DNA of 64,000 nucleotides from Octopus bimaculoides. Lineage: Eukaryota. The number at the start of each line of letters is the position of its first letter. The stretch's first letter is position 1. The stretch lies in the NCBI RefSeq assembly GCF_001194135.2, contig NC_068981.1:172595058-172659057 (forward strand), in the 5' to 3' direction. The position numbers and the translations under genes were made by a program. Shown piece by piece: positions 1-14,800 of the stretch. The notes beneath the pieces were generated by a model. That model saw only the letters and a program-made list of their open reading frames with translations. It was not told where the DNA came from and searched no databases.

Positions 1-74
<74 letters not shown>

Positions 75-84
75 CATATATATA
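1..84. repeat. (TA)n microsatellite with CACATCA interruptions
   Basis: Direct reading of the sequence. Confidence 0.95.
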
Positions 85-141
85 CTTTTACTTGTTTCAG
101 TCATTTTGTTGCTAATGTTTTGTTTAGTAGATCAAAATTAT

Positions 142-330
142 CACTGGGTCTTCAAGAGATGTATCTAGATATCATTACAAACTTATTTACAAACCCAGCA
201 ATAGAAAATGCCACTGACTATCTTCAGTAAAGAAATAAAGTGACATGGAAATGCCTCAGTGCAAGATTGCTATATAAGTTGTGTATAACTGAAACATATA
301 GATCTTATTTCCTGTGAGGCCAATATGAAG
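142..330 (+). repeat. Local direct duplication, copy A (copy B at 1299-1470)
   Basis: Shared blocks such as ctatcttcagtaaagaa, catggaaatgcctca and tagatcttat.tcctgtgaggccaatatga; roughly 80% similar by eye. Confidence 0.85.
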
Positions 331-727
331 CTAGTGGAATTTAGTATGTAAAGCATTTAAGGAACTGAAGTCAGGGGTATTTGCAGGATCTCTGTGTGAG
401 ATGCTGAGAGGTTGAATTGAGTAGGAGTGAGGTAAAAGTCAGGTAATGATGTTGCTAAATGTTGATGACTAATGTAGTTGTATTACTCATTTCTACAGAA
501 ACAAAACTAATGCACTAAAGAGGGAGAAAGAGAAAGCTAATGTAACAAGTAATAAAACTGGCAGAAAGAACCTTATCACTATGATTTTAAACGGAGCACA
601 ACTTAGGTTTTAGTCAAAGTTTGGATACTTATATGCTAAGCTGTGTTTTTAGAGAGATGATTCAAAAAGCAATACAATTTAGAGTTTTGCAGTCTAGTAT
701 GATGATGAAACCAAAAATGTATGATTT

Positions 728-1123
728 AAAAGTACCCTTCAATCATTGGGCAATATGCTGTTCTTGAGAAGACCTGGTAAGTCAAGTGAAATCATTGTTG
801 TGGCTGATGGCTTGTAAAAAGCACCATTTGATTGTGAGCGTTGCCAGTGCCACCTAACTGGCTCCTGTGTCAGTGGCACATAAAAAGCACCATTTGAGCA
901 TGGTCATTGCCTGTGTCACCTGACTGGCCCCTGTGCCAGTGACACGTAAAAAGCACCCACTACGCTCTTGAACTGGTTGGCATTAAGCAGGGCATCCAGT
1001 TGTAGAAACCTTGCCAGAACAGTTTGGAGCCTGGTGCAGCCTCCTGGCTTGCCAGTCCTCAGTCAAACTGTCCAACCCATGTCAGCATGGAAAGCAGACG
1101 TTAAAAGATGATGATGGTGATGG
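728..1123 (+). mobile_element. RTE-clade LINE 3'-UTR fragment (5'-truncated)
   Basis: Matches the 3' end of the RTE at 15131-16099 (gggcatccagttgtagaaac ... ccaacccatgtcagcatggaaagcagacgttaa) and ends in a (GAT)n tail. Confidence 0.85.
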
Positions 1124-1298
1124 TTTATGACAGCTGCTCAGGTAATGTAAGAAAGGATAAATATATTACATGTACAAATGTAGAAGTTTAAGCATTAGAT
1201 AGATATCAGCAAAGATGCTGTTCTCATCCATCTGTTTTAATTGTTGAAACCATTATTTGTAGGAGACAGCATACATCTTATTAAAAACAATTGTTTAT

Positions 1299-1470
1299 CA
1301 TTGGGTATCTAGATATATATCTGGATATCATTCCAAAATTTATTTACAATCCCTGCAATACAAAATACCACTATCTTCAGTAAAGAATTAAAGTGGCATG
1401 GAAATGCCTCAATGCAAAATTGTGTATAACAGGAACAAGTAGATCTTATCTCCTGTGAGGCCAATATGAG
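1299..1470 (+). repeat. Local direct duplication, copy B
   Basis: See copy A at 142-330. Confidence 0.85.
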
Positions 1471-1809
1471 GTTATTTTTTTGTTTTGTTTTTGTTTTTTG
1501 TTTAGTTGGAGTATGAAATCTTAAAATATAGCTTCTGCTAAAGGACTTGAAGTTAAACGTAACCAAGACAAGTAATTATTTGATAGTTGAAACTTGAAGT
1601 GTTTAATATTATTGAGGCACTTGAAATTTTCAAATTATTGTAAAAGAATCAGGATAAACTTATTCAGAGACAGGTATATATTATGAGGCAGAAACTCACA
1701 TGTTTTGATCATGTGACCATTTATGTCACCAAATAGGACTAACATCCATCAGCTGATCTGATGGGTTTCTGGAAGAATGTTGAGAAACAATAATGTATTG
1801 TTCTAGAGA

Positions 1810-1912
1810 AGGAATAGGTATCTTTCTGTCTTTTGGTGATATATACATCAGATGTGTCCAATGTGAAAAGATTGGACACATCTTTTCACATTGTGTCCAG
1901 GACCCAAAATAA
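1810..1912 (+). pseudogene. Decayed retroelement ORF1/Gag fragment with CCHC zinc knuckle
   Basis: 1853-1894 translates CVQCEKIGHIFSHC (CX2CX4HX4C) within GIGIFLSFGDIYIRC...VQDPK*. This frame is not in the ORF track, and the flanks contain stops. Confidence 0.55.
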
Positions 1913-3391
1913 AAAGAAGAGGGTAAAATCTGTTAGAGAGGCAACAATTGCTTGGCAGACTAATATAAGTAAATTAATGGAAACAGTTGTTAGAAATATT
2001 ACTATGCACAAAAAAGGTTATTGCAAGTTCTAAATTATAGGCTATGCAATTGGTGATGTTCTATATAAAAAGATGGGACCTATCTAAAGACTAGATATGA
2101 TGACAGGGCCCCATAGAAGAAGTTGACTCAATTAGTTTAAATTAGGTTTTAATAAAGTGGCCTCACTGATGATATCACACAATCTCACAGTGTACTTTTG
2201 TGAAAACAAACTATACCAGTGTAGAAAAACAACTGTTGAAGTGATGTTCATGTTGATCCTTGTTTAAGTAGTTTTTTTTGAGCCCTACTCATTTCTCTCA
2301 AATATTATTGAGTGAAAGAGGAACTTCTTTGAAAGTCCAGATACCTTTAAAGGAGTAAAGTGCTCATATTTTATAAATGGAATAATTAATAACAGTAATG
2401 ATAATTGCAATAATTTCTTACATTCTTATAATGAATTTGAACTCAAGATGCAGAGGGATGGAACTAAATACACCAAGCCATTCAACCCAATAATTTCTGA
2501 AATTATCTGTGTCACAAGTTTGTGACACTGTACTTCATTTATCAATTCTGAAAGATGAAATGAAAAGTTGACCATATCTGGTTTTGAACTAAGGGCAGGA
2601 CTTAGTACTGAAGGGTATTTATTCTGGTGCCCTCTCATTTCTGCCACTCTACTAGTTTAATTATTTATAGAGTGAATGTATATTTTTATAGTAGTGGATG
2701 GCAGCAAACAGTGAGAAAGTAAATCCATTGGTAATTGAAATGGGCTGCAGTTTCCATTGACTGGAAAGAAATTATCATCTTACTACTTGATCAATATTAA
2801 AAAAAAAAATAGTTTTAATCCTATTTCTAAGAGAATCATATTGCCAAAAGTACTTACATTTTTATGTACAGCAAGAAAACAAACCCCAAAGCTTGTTCTA
2901 ACTACCTTTAAAAGATTGCATCCAGATTACATTTTAGTATTTTCTCTTGGAGTCTTTCCTCAGTTGTTACTAATGTAATTATTAACAAAAGATGACTACA
3001 CTATAGCATTAATAGAAATTTATGGCCACTCTACAACTAGAAACATTAAGTAATATAATAAGACTGAACTCAGATGTTCCTTTCATTTTACTATCTGCTT
3101 CTCTGTTATATTTCTTTCCTCTGGAAATTGAGATCATTATGAAACATTGAACTTTTTGTAAGATACAGATATTAATGAGGCTTAGCAACTAAATAATTTA
3201 TGAAATAAACAAGTGATAGAAAATTATTTTAATTTTAGATATTATTATCTCACAATTCAAACTGTATCCATACATCTTGTAGTCTAAATTGAACTGAATA
3301 TTGCTCAGAAACTGGTATAAAAAAATATAAATAAAAGTGTTTGTTGTGATATATTCAATATAACTGGAATAGTTATTGATAATTTTGTCAC

Positions 3392-3546
3392 CTTGTGTGG
3401 TAAGTAGCTTGCTTATCAACCACATGGTTCTGGGTTCAGTCCCACTGCGTGGCACCTTGGGCAAGTGTCTTCTACTATAGCCTCAGGCCAACCAAAGCCT
3501 TGTGAGTGGATTTGGTAGACAGAAACTGAAAGAAGCCCATCGTATA

Positions 3547-3594
<48 letters not shown>

Positions 3595-3763
3595 TGTGTG
3601 TGTGTTTGTCCCCTCAACATTGCTTGACAACTAGTGTGCTTACGTCCCCATCACTTAGCGGTTCAGCAAGAGAGACCGATAGAATAAGTCCTGAGGTCTA
3701 TTTGCTCGACTAAAGGCAGTGCTCCAGCATGTTTCAGTCAAATGGCTGAAACAAATAAAAGAA
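3392..3763 (+). mobile_element. tRNA-derived SINE, family A (octopus OK/OR-type), near full length
   Basis: tRNA-like head tgtgtggtaagtagcttgct...gggttcagtcccactgcgtggcacc, central (GT)/(TA)n, tail gaccgatagaataagt...ctgaaacaaataaaaga. Confidence 0.9.
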
Positions 3764-6700
3764 TTACAAAAACTGACTGGAAATTTAAACAAGTTCTGAT
3801 CTCACAATGAAGATAGTAATAATGATGGAACATGTAGAAAGTGTGTACCATATAGTATTGAAACCTTGACTGAAAATGATGTCACAATCTACCAAGAATT
3901 AAAATGTGCATGAATTAGAGGATGCATGATCTAAACAGATGAAATTTAGGTCAGCTAAAACAGCTGGTCACAATTTAAAGATCCTAATTGTTGAAAAAAA
4001 AAGACCTTGATGTAAAGCTCTCTATATTGGCTTATAAATCTTTAAAATGTATAAAAATATATTGCTAATTTGGAGAAAAAATAAAGGAAATTGGAATTAT
4101 TGTATTTATTGATTAGTAACCTGTGTAGACAACTTAAAGCTTTTCATTAAAAGTTATTGGAATGTAGTTTCCAGCTCTTGGCATCCTTACACTTGCCAAA
4201 TTAGGTAGACTTTAAATGTAGTAAATTCTGGTTTTAACTAAAATTCATCATTATTTTATGATAATAGTATTGCACAAGATGTTACAATTTCATTCTCAAA
4301 ATTTGTTTTTATGTAAAATACAGTTGCTTTCTCAACCATGTTTTTTACTACCCTATTCACTGAATGCTTAACTTATAGATTAAGTTGCTCATCAACAATT
4401 ATTGACTTATAAATACGCATCTTTTGGACATAAGGAATGTGACTGGTTTGCTTATTTAATCTTATGATAGGGATTGTTACCAAAAAGTGACAACCTACTT
4501 TAATATTTCTGGATAATGTCAATCTGATATATTATAATGGTTTGCAACTAATTAGTGTTTTGCTTAATAATTTTCTGAATTGATTTTAAATTGTCCAAAT
4601 ATATCACCATAACTATCATGTTCATTCCTTCATAGTTCATGCCAAAAGCTGAAAGCATCTTCAGTATTTCTATTAAATTTTGAAATACATATTTGCCTGA
4701 CACATTCATCCATTTTCATTATATACCCCTTGTATGCAACAACCAGTTCAGATATTTATGATACACTGATATTGCAGGTAAATACTTTCACTCAAATACC
4801 ACTTCCTCGACATATCTATCTAGATGGTTAACAATACTCATTTAATACTTGTAACTTTTGCTTGCCTTTTCTGTTACTGCAAGTATAACATTTCCTAACA
4901 TACAGCAACAGATTTTTCATGTAAACATTACATAGTTTACTTTCAATAGAGAGATATATTTGTTAACTGACGTAGTTTTCTAAACAATTTTCACCCATAC
5001 TATGCTCTTAAGACCACTTAAGTTTCAGAATTTGGCCTCCCTCCCCAGTCAACTGACTAAAATCACTCTCAATTTTGGTATCACCTATATAAGTGTACAA
5101 TTAATCTTGAGCCTGATTATGATCTTTTAAGCACTGATCCAGAATTAGGTTTATCATTGCTATCTGGATAATATAAATTGTAGAAGCCAATAAAAAGATT
5201 TTCCATGTCAACAAATATGAGTTAAAATTAGATTCCTTTATTTTAGACATCTCTTTACTAAACTCCCCAGAAATATAGTAACTGTTTACAAAGTGTTGAC
5301 ACAAATACAAATTATGTTTTTGTATGACTCTATGCCACCACAATTATTTGCTCAGTTAGTTTAACCCTTTTGATCCCAACTTACCTGAGACCACCCCAGG
5401 TTCTATAATACAAACTTTGTTTAAAGTGATCTGAATTAAAAGTTTCTATCAAAATTTCATGTTGTGTGTTGTGTTTCAGACACCATTTTAATAATGGATA
5501 AGTTATTTTATTAAATTCTTATATAATTGTTTCAGTAATAAATGATGTTGTGCAAGATTTCATCTATTCTCTGATCATTGGCCAATTCTACGTTCTTTTA
5601 TATCCTTCAATATGTATCTCAAAAAATTGTATTTAAGTTTTACAGACTAGACAGAAAACCATTGCAAAAGGAAAAATATAAATATAGAAACTGAAACCTC
5701 TCTATATACATTTGTTTATATTTCTAATTAAATTTTAGGAAAATATAATGTATTCTGTTTTAGAATCCATCTTAGTGAATCTTTTAAAATCAAGATCCAT
5801 TTCTTCATTCAGTTAAAATATTTTCGTAGGGTTAGTTAGTTTTACAAATCACCAAAACTGGTAGTCTTTCTTCAAATGCTGGCATTGATGAGATGAATCT
5901 GCATTTGGCACTTGACTAAAATATAGAATACAGTGAAAACAAGCAAGTACTTTTTAGGCAGTCAGTGCTGTAACATATGGTCCAGAATGTTAACAAGATA
6001 CCATTTAACTGCAGGCAGATTAAATAGGCTTATTTTAATTGCCAGAAGTTATATCATACTAATAATGTATGTGAAGCAATTCCTGATAACTACCCAACAG
6101 TCTAATTATTGGTGTTATTCTTGTTGTTAATTGTTTGTGGTTAGTATATAACTTTCAATTAGAAGCTTTTAAATCTTTATATAGTACACATTACAGATAA
6201 TGTTTTCTGTCTTACTTGTAAACACTAAAGCAATGCCTCTGCTAGAAGAAGAGTTAGAATAAAATTAAAGAATATAGATGTAATTTTCTCCATAGATTTA
6301 AGAGTCCTGAACTCTTTACATAAAGTAAAGGTTCATGACTTTAATCTCCAGTACATAGACAATGATATCTGATGATGAATGGAGTCGATGTTGATTTTAC
6401 AAGATTGGAATTTAGATGAACAACTTTGGAACATTGTTGAATGAAATAAACTGAGAGTTGATGCTCTTTAGAAAAGGAGTAAAAAAGAAACCAGTGTTTT
6501 TATATCCTGAAGATTCACAATTAATAGTTGTTGTTTAAAATAGCTACTATACTGTTGTAAGTTTTGTTCGAGTTGCCGTTTTTCATACATTTAAAGGTGT
6601 TTTTAGAATCTGATATCATGTTTCTGTGTAGCAGTTTGATCTCTTGGCTAGAAAAGAATTACTTGAAGTGTAAACTGATATGACTTAATAAAAAATAGAA

Positions 6701-8497
6701 AACATTGGCCTTTAATTATACCAACAGACTATAAATATCCTAATTTTCTTTATATCTTTTCTTAGTAGTAGCTTACACTTTTAAAATATAAATGTAACTT
6801 GACTGAAATTAGTTAATAAAATATATGCTTCTAAAGTGACTTTAAGGGCCAGTGTGCATATCATTAAGCAGTTGAAAAGTAATCAACTGTTCCCTTGAAT
6901 AGGACTCTGGTCCCTAGTCACAATGGTTTGGTGGACTAAGATGCATAGAATTAAATGTGTGTGTTTGATTTGCTTCAGAAGGATCTGCAGTAGTAACTGC
7001 CTTATTCTTAAGTGTTGAAAAGTTTTTGTTTTTTTTACTCGGACCAAATTTAATTTCTTTGTACTTTCCTTAGTCTGCCCTATACCATAAATATATGAAT
7101 AAATAACAGCTTGCTTCTATAATGCTTACTAATAATAATAATTAAAAATATATTGGTAATAATTGCATTGTTAGAAGATATTGTACTTACAATTAAGACT
7201 TCTTGCAAAATGAAATAGCATGCTCTAGAATATTAATTCGGAAGAAAAAATGGGTTTGAAATTAAGACAATTGAATTAAATTTTAAATAATGCATACTGG
7301 CATTTACCATAATTGCTTTGACAATGTCAGGTATTAGCACAACTAATAATGTTATGTGAATGAAAACTTTGAAGAAGAATTTAAGATAACTTATTGTGAA
7401 TTTGAACCATTTATGATATTTAATCAGTTCCAGTGAAGAGAGAACATTTAACTATTTTCATGGTTTATAACCTGAAATAAAATTAGAATAAATTTTGTTG
7501 GATATAATATCCTAGAAAGAACAGCCCAAGCAACTCATTCAAGAATGAAGCTGCAACGATATGCCTTTGAAAATTGGTCATATTGCTCATTGATGGTTTG
7601 ACAGTCTAAATAATTATTCAATATATCTCAAATTTTTGAGAAGCAAATGAAGAAGCAATGTACATTTTATTATGTCCTTTTTATTATTATTTCAAGAGAC
7701 TAGATCAATTTGAAGACTGATATTAAGTGCATTAAATTTTATTTAGATCAAAATTATCTTCTGTTTTCCTGTTAAAGCCTTTTAAGGTTTCAGCTTTAAA
7801 TTCCATGGTGTCAAATAGCAGAAAATCTGCTTTAAAATAATTATGTTAAAATGTAATTTAGCTGTCCGGGCATAAGATGGTTGAGTGGATATGGCATTAA
7901 ACTCAAGATTTGTGTTCAAATCATCAGCAAGCATTCTAAATATATTTGGCAGTACCCCTAATTCTTCATGCTTCAAATCACCTAGTTGTTTGGAATAGAT
8001 ATCAGATCATCTGGGGATGTTTGCATCAGATAGATAGACATCCTATTTAGGGTAGATTTGACTTTCATCCACTCAACAAACTGAAACCAGAACTAAGCAC
8101 TAGCTTCAACTAATACAGGAACCTCTAAGTGATAGTTCAACCTACTGAAAATAGCAGCCAAATTTATTGGTATCTTCCAGTTAAAATAAAAACTTGCTGA
8201 CTTCTGTTCCTTGATGTGCAGTTGTTTACAAATTTCAGACATTGCTTATTTTGTAGCCTCTTTCCCTCTTCCTCACTGTTTGTGTGTATGTGTGTGTGAA
8301 TGTGCATTCATGTACATATGGTGTTTTTTGTATTTTTGAGAAAGATCAGTAAATAGTTCATGAGTTTTCTGAGAGAATTTGTTTAGTATTGAGAGAAGCA
8401 ACTTCACACTATTTAATGCAAACCCATGTTTTTAGGTGTCTTTTTATTTTAACTTCAGAATATTCCAAAATATTTTTCTGCTTATATTTAGAATTTT

Positions 8498-8592
8498 GTG
8501 GCTGTGTGTTAAGAAGTTTGCTTCTCAACCACATGGTTCTGGGTTCAGTTCCACTGCATGACACCTTGGGCAAATGTATTCCACTATAGCCT
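8498..8592 (+). mobile_element. SINE family A, 5' head only
   Basis: gtggctgtgtgttaagaagtttgc...gggttcagttccactgcatgacaccttgggcaa matches the head of 3392-3763. Confidence 0.8.
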
Positions 8593-9917
8593 GTGATGGT
8601 TGAGTCAGTAAAACATAATTTAGGTGAAGACTGGAGTAGCCTTTATGTGATCAGTTATCTAACTTCTTAGTAATAACAAAATCTCCTTTGAATCAATCTT
8701 ACCTTTTTATGCCTGAGTTCTACTTAAGCAGAGGTGACTAAAACAACATAACAATAACTGCATCAAGGTACAAGGAAATTCTCTTTCGAGGCAACTCCAC
8801 TCTGTCCCCCAAAATATTGTAAATATATGTCAGAAATATGTTGATGTGGGGAAAAAGGGAAGAGCTATATTTGAAATAAACAAATTGAATATATAATTTG
8901 TTGCATTGGCAATGTGAACTTGAGAGACAAAATGCAAGTGGAGTGTCTAAGAGGCAGCTGTTACTAATGCAAGTGAGGTGATTGCATTAGCATAGGTTGT
9001 AAGTTATATAAGGGATAAATCTGAGAAGTGGATTAAATTTCAACGTATTAGTATTATGAAATTGATGATACAAAGTATAAAATTGAAGACATGGCCTGCT
9101 GTGTGCAGTAAATATGACAGCATAGTATGAGTGTGTACTATGAATAGCTGATGTGAGTGTGATGAAAAGTTGACATACACCTAGGAAATTTTGACACTAA
9201 ATATGTATGTACACTACATTTCAGACAATTGGGTTGCTGAGATGTACAAAAATGTGCTGCACTATGTTTCTTGACAACCCATTCATTCATCAGCAAAGTC
9301 TAATATTGAAATTATAATGATGATTAATTTAAGGCTATTATTTATTATTATATCCTTGTTAACATAGCCTAATGCCTTAGAAACTGACCCACTTCAGCTC
9401 ATTCAGTAAAAGTAAATATGTTTGTAATATCAAATATTTTTTTTACTCATCGTATATCTGACTTTTATGACTTCAGAAAAATTTCTATTCATGACACATT
9501 TAGACAATTGATGTATTGTACACTGTTTATCTAAACTGATATTTTTATTTACTTCATTTAGAGGATATTGAAAGATCTTCTAAGTTCCATATTAACTGCT
9601 AATTAAAAATAAATGGATATATTATTCCGTATATGAATAAAGAATAACATTGCCTAAAATGTATTCTATCTTATATTGACATTTATTAAAATAAACAAAC
9701 AAATAGAAAACATTTTTAAAAAAATGTTTGAAGTATTTAATAAGCCAACAATAATTGTTAACTTAATAATTGAGTTTAATGTCAAGTTAGCATTAAAATC
9801 ATTCATTTCTTGGTTTATTAATTCCTGCATTTCCTCTAGTTTAAAAATATTTGTTGAATAGATAAGTGATGAAACTCAACATTCTGAGTCCTGGCCCAAA
9901 AGGGTGTGAGTGTATGT

Positions 9918-9931
9918 ACACACACACGCGT

Positions 9932-9973
<42 letters not shown>
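9918..9973. repeat. (CA)n microsatellite
   Basis: Direct reading. Confidence 0.95.
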
Positions 9974-9975
<2 letters not shown>

Positions 9976-12900
9976 TGGGATTTAGACTCAGATTGCTGAG
10001 TTTCAACATTTAATGTCTTTAATTCAGAAGGGAGTTTACTTGTCAAATTTTAAAATCATTTCTCTAATACAATTTTCCTTTAACAATTATATTTAAAAAT
10101 TTCAAGAAGAAAAGTAATCCTAAAAGATTGCATAAGGTTCTTCTGGCAAGGGAAAATGAAGTAATTTCAATTTATGTTAAGATGCTTAGTAGTGGATTCT
10201 ATAATGATTAGAAGTAAACTGAAACAATTGAGGACTATCCAGAGTGAATCACTGGCTGTGTGATGGAGCTGAAAAATCAAATTGCTTCATTAGCTGCTTG
10301 TTAGTCCTGATCAGATTTGCTTGACAGTTCTAGTTATGGCCATCTGGTCTTTATTGTGAAACTTGCTGTTCTAAGATTTATGATTTAAACATGTGGTATT
10401 AATTTTAAAGATGGCAGAGTTTGGTGAAACAAATTTTGCTTCTATATTAAGAAAATTGAGTCAGCGGAAGCTGTTTCACCGGCTCATTGGATGGTTTTAG
10501 TGTGTGGAGCAATATAAGAAAATAGGCCTTATTTTACTTAAATTGTATACTGCTATTCAATTAATTTTTAAAAAGCTTATTTGTTACTGTTCTTAATTGA
10601 ATGTTTTAATGATTTGGAACATACTCAAATTTAATTACAATCATTTTCAATGTCATGTTGTCTGAATTACAGCTTGTCCTTGTCTAAGCCAGGGCAAATT
10701 CTTCAGAAGCGAATACATCGATTACCTTTAGGTCTTTTACTTATCTAAAAGAAATTACAAACTCTGTGTGTGTGTGTGTGTGTTGAGAAAAAAAGCAATT
10801 TGAATCAGAAAAATATCTTAACATTGGTTAATTTCATTAAGTAAGCTAATGTAACTAAATAATTTACTTACATTTTATTAGATTGTATTAATTCACCAAA
10901 TTCACAAACAAACAAAATTTAAAAATATATTCTTCATTCAATAAGCTATTATCATCAGTTAGTATTAACCAAAATAGCTTGAAACTAGTACATACAATCT
11001 AGTATACAGTTGTAGGTGTCTGTCTGTTTGTCTGCACATATGTTTATGGTTATGTCATCTTAAAATATGAATTAGATGTTTTTATAATTGCTAATGTCAC
11101 GATGGGTGTTTTGGAAATCTGCCCCCAAAATAAAATAATGAATATAAGGTTATTAAAAGAAAACCTGTACTTAATGATGACTCGCAACACTCCTATATGT
11201 AACAGAATTATAAAAATATTTACAAATACTAAGAAATCATTAATTTACTTATTATTGTTACTTCTGTTATAAAAATAGAAGACAGTCTACCAGCCCTGAC
11301 ACAGTAAATTGCTATATTAACTGCCATAAAATTTGTCTAAATTGCCTTTTTTTTAGGCCATTCTTTGAGATAAAAGTTTGGAAGAGTCCATTACAATAAT
11401 TGTTATTTCCTGTCCCAACATTCCCACGCATAAACAATTACAAATTTTCCCTTTTTTTTTTCTTTTTTCCTTTTTGTGCCTTTGTTGTCCTCCCACTCTC
11501 ACTTCATAAGCAAATAAAGCTAAACATTGTTCTGATTAAGTGTTGAGATTTGCAATTCAAAATTTTCTGTCTTGTTTAAAATATCATGCTTAATCTAAAG
11601 ATCATCTTGAATGATGCAGCCACTTAATGCATGAGATACTAGAAAAATTAATTCCTTCTTTCTTTAAATTTCTACCTTTCTGCAGAGAATACAGTCTAAT
11701 CCCCACAGAAATATACAAATACACACATTCTATTTCTTGCGAAGTCTCATGCTTCTCTAAGCAAATGTTATTTTTCACATTTAAAATATATTTGTGCTTA
11801 TTAAAAATAAAATACCTAATTTGAATATTTCCTCGTTTATTTCTAGTATATTCAGTTACCACTATTTTGTAATTATTACTATTGAAAAGAAATTGACTAA
11901 TAAGTTCATATGCTCGATTTATTTTATTTTACTAAATTTCAGTGGAAGATTATTCTTTTATTTGACCTAATAACAAACATGGTGGCATACAGTATTTACT
12001 ATTTGCATTGAATATAAGCAATTACATTAATTTAAATACTTTGACCTATTATGAGGAAAAGAGGGCATGAATACAGAAAATGATTCTCTGGAAATTGGCT
12101 TCCTTAGCTAATGAACATATATTTGAAAATAGACAAGGAACTCCTTTAGCTTTCTGACTAGCCTAGTATAGTCAGACAGTGACATAGGCACTGGAAAAGT
12201 TAGAAGATAAAGTATAAGAGAGATAAAAGGCTGATTTTGAATGAAAGCATTTCAAAAGTGGATTGCAGGGAATGATACCTGAAAACTAGGTAGGTAGAAG
12301 AAAAAGCAGTAGAATATTTGCCAATGCTTATGCTTAGAGGATGAGTAACATGAATGTTTTTGAATAGTGGGTCAGCATGTTCAGATGCAGAAGTATATTT
12401 GAAATAACATAAGACAACATGCCCTCAGAATAAAATATGGATAGGAGGTTTTGCTTTGAAATAAAGGGTGGAACCTGTAGCAACTTCTCACAATGAAACC
12501 AACATTTGTGAAAAATCATCAGTTTTGGTAATAGTGAATAAAGCAATTAAAAAAACAAAAGCAGAAGTGCAGGTTCATCATTGACTTTCTAACGATGGTT
12601 GAGTTTCATTAAGTATTATGTTAGCTGTACAGAATGCTTAAGTGAAGTTAATGCAGGAGAATGGAGCTGTAATCCCTATTTTTCATAAAACAATTACAAC
12701 AGGAGTTCTTAGCCAAGAACAAGCAACATTATTGATTGGCTACTATTTTTTGTGGTCTGATGCTAGATGTTGTGCTGCCCATGATACAGGTAATGGACAC
12801 AAATAAATTCCTTTCAACACAAACTCAGTAAGGATTTTAAAATATGTTAATCGCAGTAAAACAATTCTTTAAATGTCCATTCTTTCATTAGATATACATC

Positions 12901-14800
12901 TATAATCAATACTTTAAGTATCTACAGGCCTTGATGTAGCAGTAATAGGTATGTTCAATGCCAGTTGGCTATATTATTGATTTCTAACATTGGCACAAAT
13001 CCAATCATTTTGGAGTATAGTTTATGAACTCAACTCCAATACTTGACTGTTTCTTTATTTTATTGACTCTAGAATGAAAGACAAATATGACTACTTGGCT
13101 ATATTTCTTTAAGCACAAGACCAATTTTTGTTGATTGATGTTTATTTTATTAACCATTTTTTTTTTTTTTTTTTTTTGGGTGATGAAAAATGACCTCCAG
13201 TAGGATTTTGATTTTGGTTTGAGAAAGATGAAAGTAAATATTGTAATATAATAAGTCTGATGAAGTAGTGTCTTGATCATTTTCAGTTCCTTCCAGTAGC
13301 CTAAAATTTTAAAAAGCTGTCATCTTATAATAGAGAAAATGGTTCAAATCTATCAAGGCGTAAAGGATAAAATGTACACTTAGCACTTGAAAGATCAAGG
13401 CTGGTGACAATGAAAGTTTAGTGGCATTTTAAATGTAATCAGTTGTTGTAAATTGGATTTGTTTATAGATTTTAGAGAAACCCATTATTGTTTCTTGCAA
13501 AAGATAATAATTGTTCATCTGTAGAGTTTATTGATCTAATAGAATTGTTTATTGTGTAGTTATCAAAATTCATTTATTTCATATGTTTCTTATCCATATA
13601 AAATAGTTATATTCCAAACAGTTACAGATTCCAAAAGAGAAGAGAAAGTAGAAATGTTTGAATAAATATCATATTGCAGTTGGCAATATTGTGTAATAAA
13701 AGAAGGCATTTTTGTACTTTAGAAAGCTAATCTTCAAAGCATATATTGTATGTAGTGAAAGTGAGCATTATCTAATCTGTTACAATAACAGTGAAGCTAT
13801 GTAGCTTATGAATGGTGGTTACAGATAGCTTATGAATTACTTATTCTAAAGAATGGAATATCTTAAGATTAGTTATTTATCTATCTCTCTATCTGTACCA
13901 GTATACTATGCTCACAGTAAAAATAATGTGTAGTACCTACTTAATAGGTTTGTTAAAAAAAAAAAAGATAATAAAATGTCTTATTGCCTGCTAGTTGGAA
14001 CTGTACATTCTTTTTACAAAGTAAATATGGCTTTGAGCCATTGCTAACCTGATAGATTAATTTGTTATCCTTGAAGATGCAACCATCTAAACTGAATAGA
14101 TGTAATAGATGCAATACAAACACAATGAATCCTCTGTCATTTTCAGTGATGAGTATTCCAGTTATTTGATCAACTGAACTACCACCTACTCATTGAAGTA
14201 TAGTATAAGTGGCTAAATATTCCAAAGGGACTTGTACCCTTAATGTATTTCTCAGGCAAAATTGGTGTAATTACAGACAGTATGGGACAAAGATGGCCCT
14301 TTGAATTAAGGTGTTGTCCATCAAACAGGCTTTCATGCAAGTTCCTTCTACCCACTTTTAGTCATAAGGTTTGAGTGAGTCTGAGGCTACAGGAATTTAA
14401 AAAAATCTAAGGCACTATGTAATAGGATCAAACCCATGACCTCATGGTAGTGAAACTTTTTAACTATTTGGCTATCCCTGCACTTGCATGTGTGCGTGCA
14501 CACATATACATGCAGACCCACATACATTGTGATATGCAGTATCGCCATTAATAATACAAACATTCATTGTTATGTTCAAGGTCATAAATGAATAACAAAG
14601 GAGTTTGATATATCATTATTACAAAAAAAATATTTAGTGAATAGTCTGTATTTAAAGTTTACAATCACTCTACCAGGGTAAAATTGTTTTAGTCTCAACA
14701 CACGATCTTACTCAAATCACTTGTCATATAAATGCAATAAAGCTGTGTGTGTATATATATGTGTAAGTGTATATATACGTGTAAGTGTGTATATGTATAT

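Noticed and set aside
5361-5520. TTAA-CCCTTT start suggesting a piggyBac-like MITE end (similar at 28856)
   Set aside because: No matching opposite terminus or second TTAA could be found.
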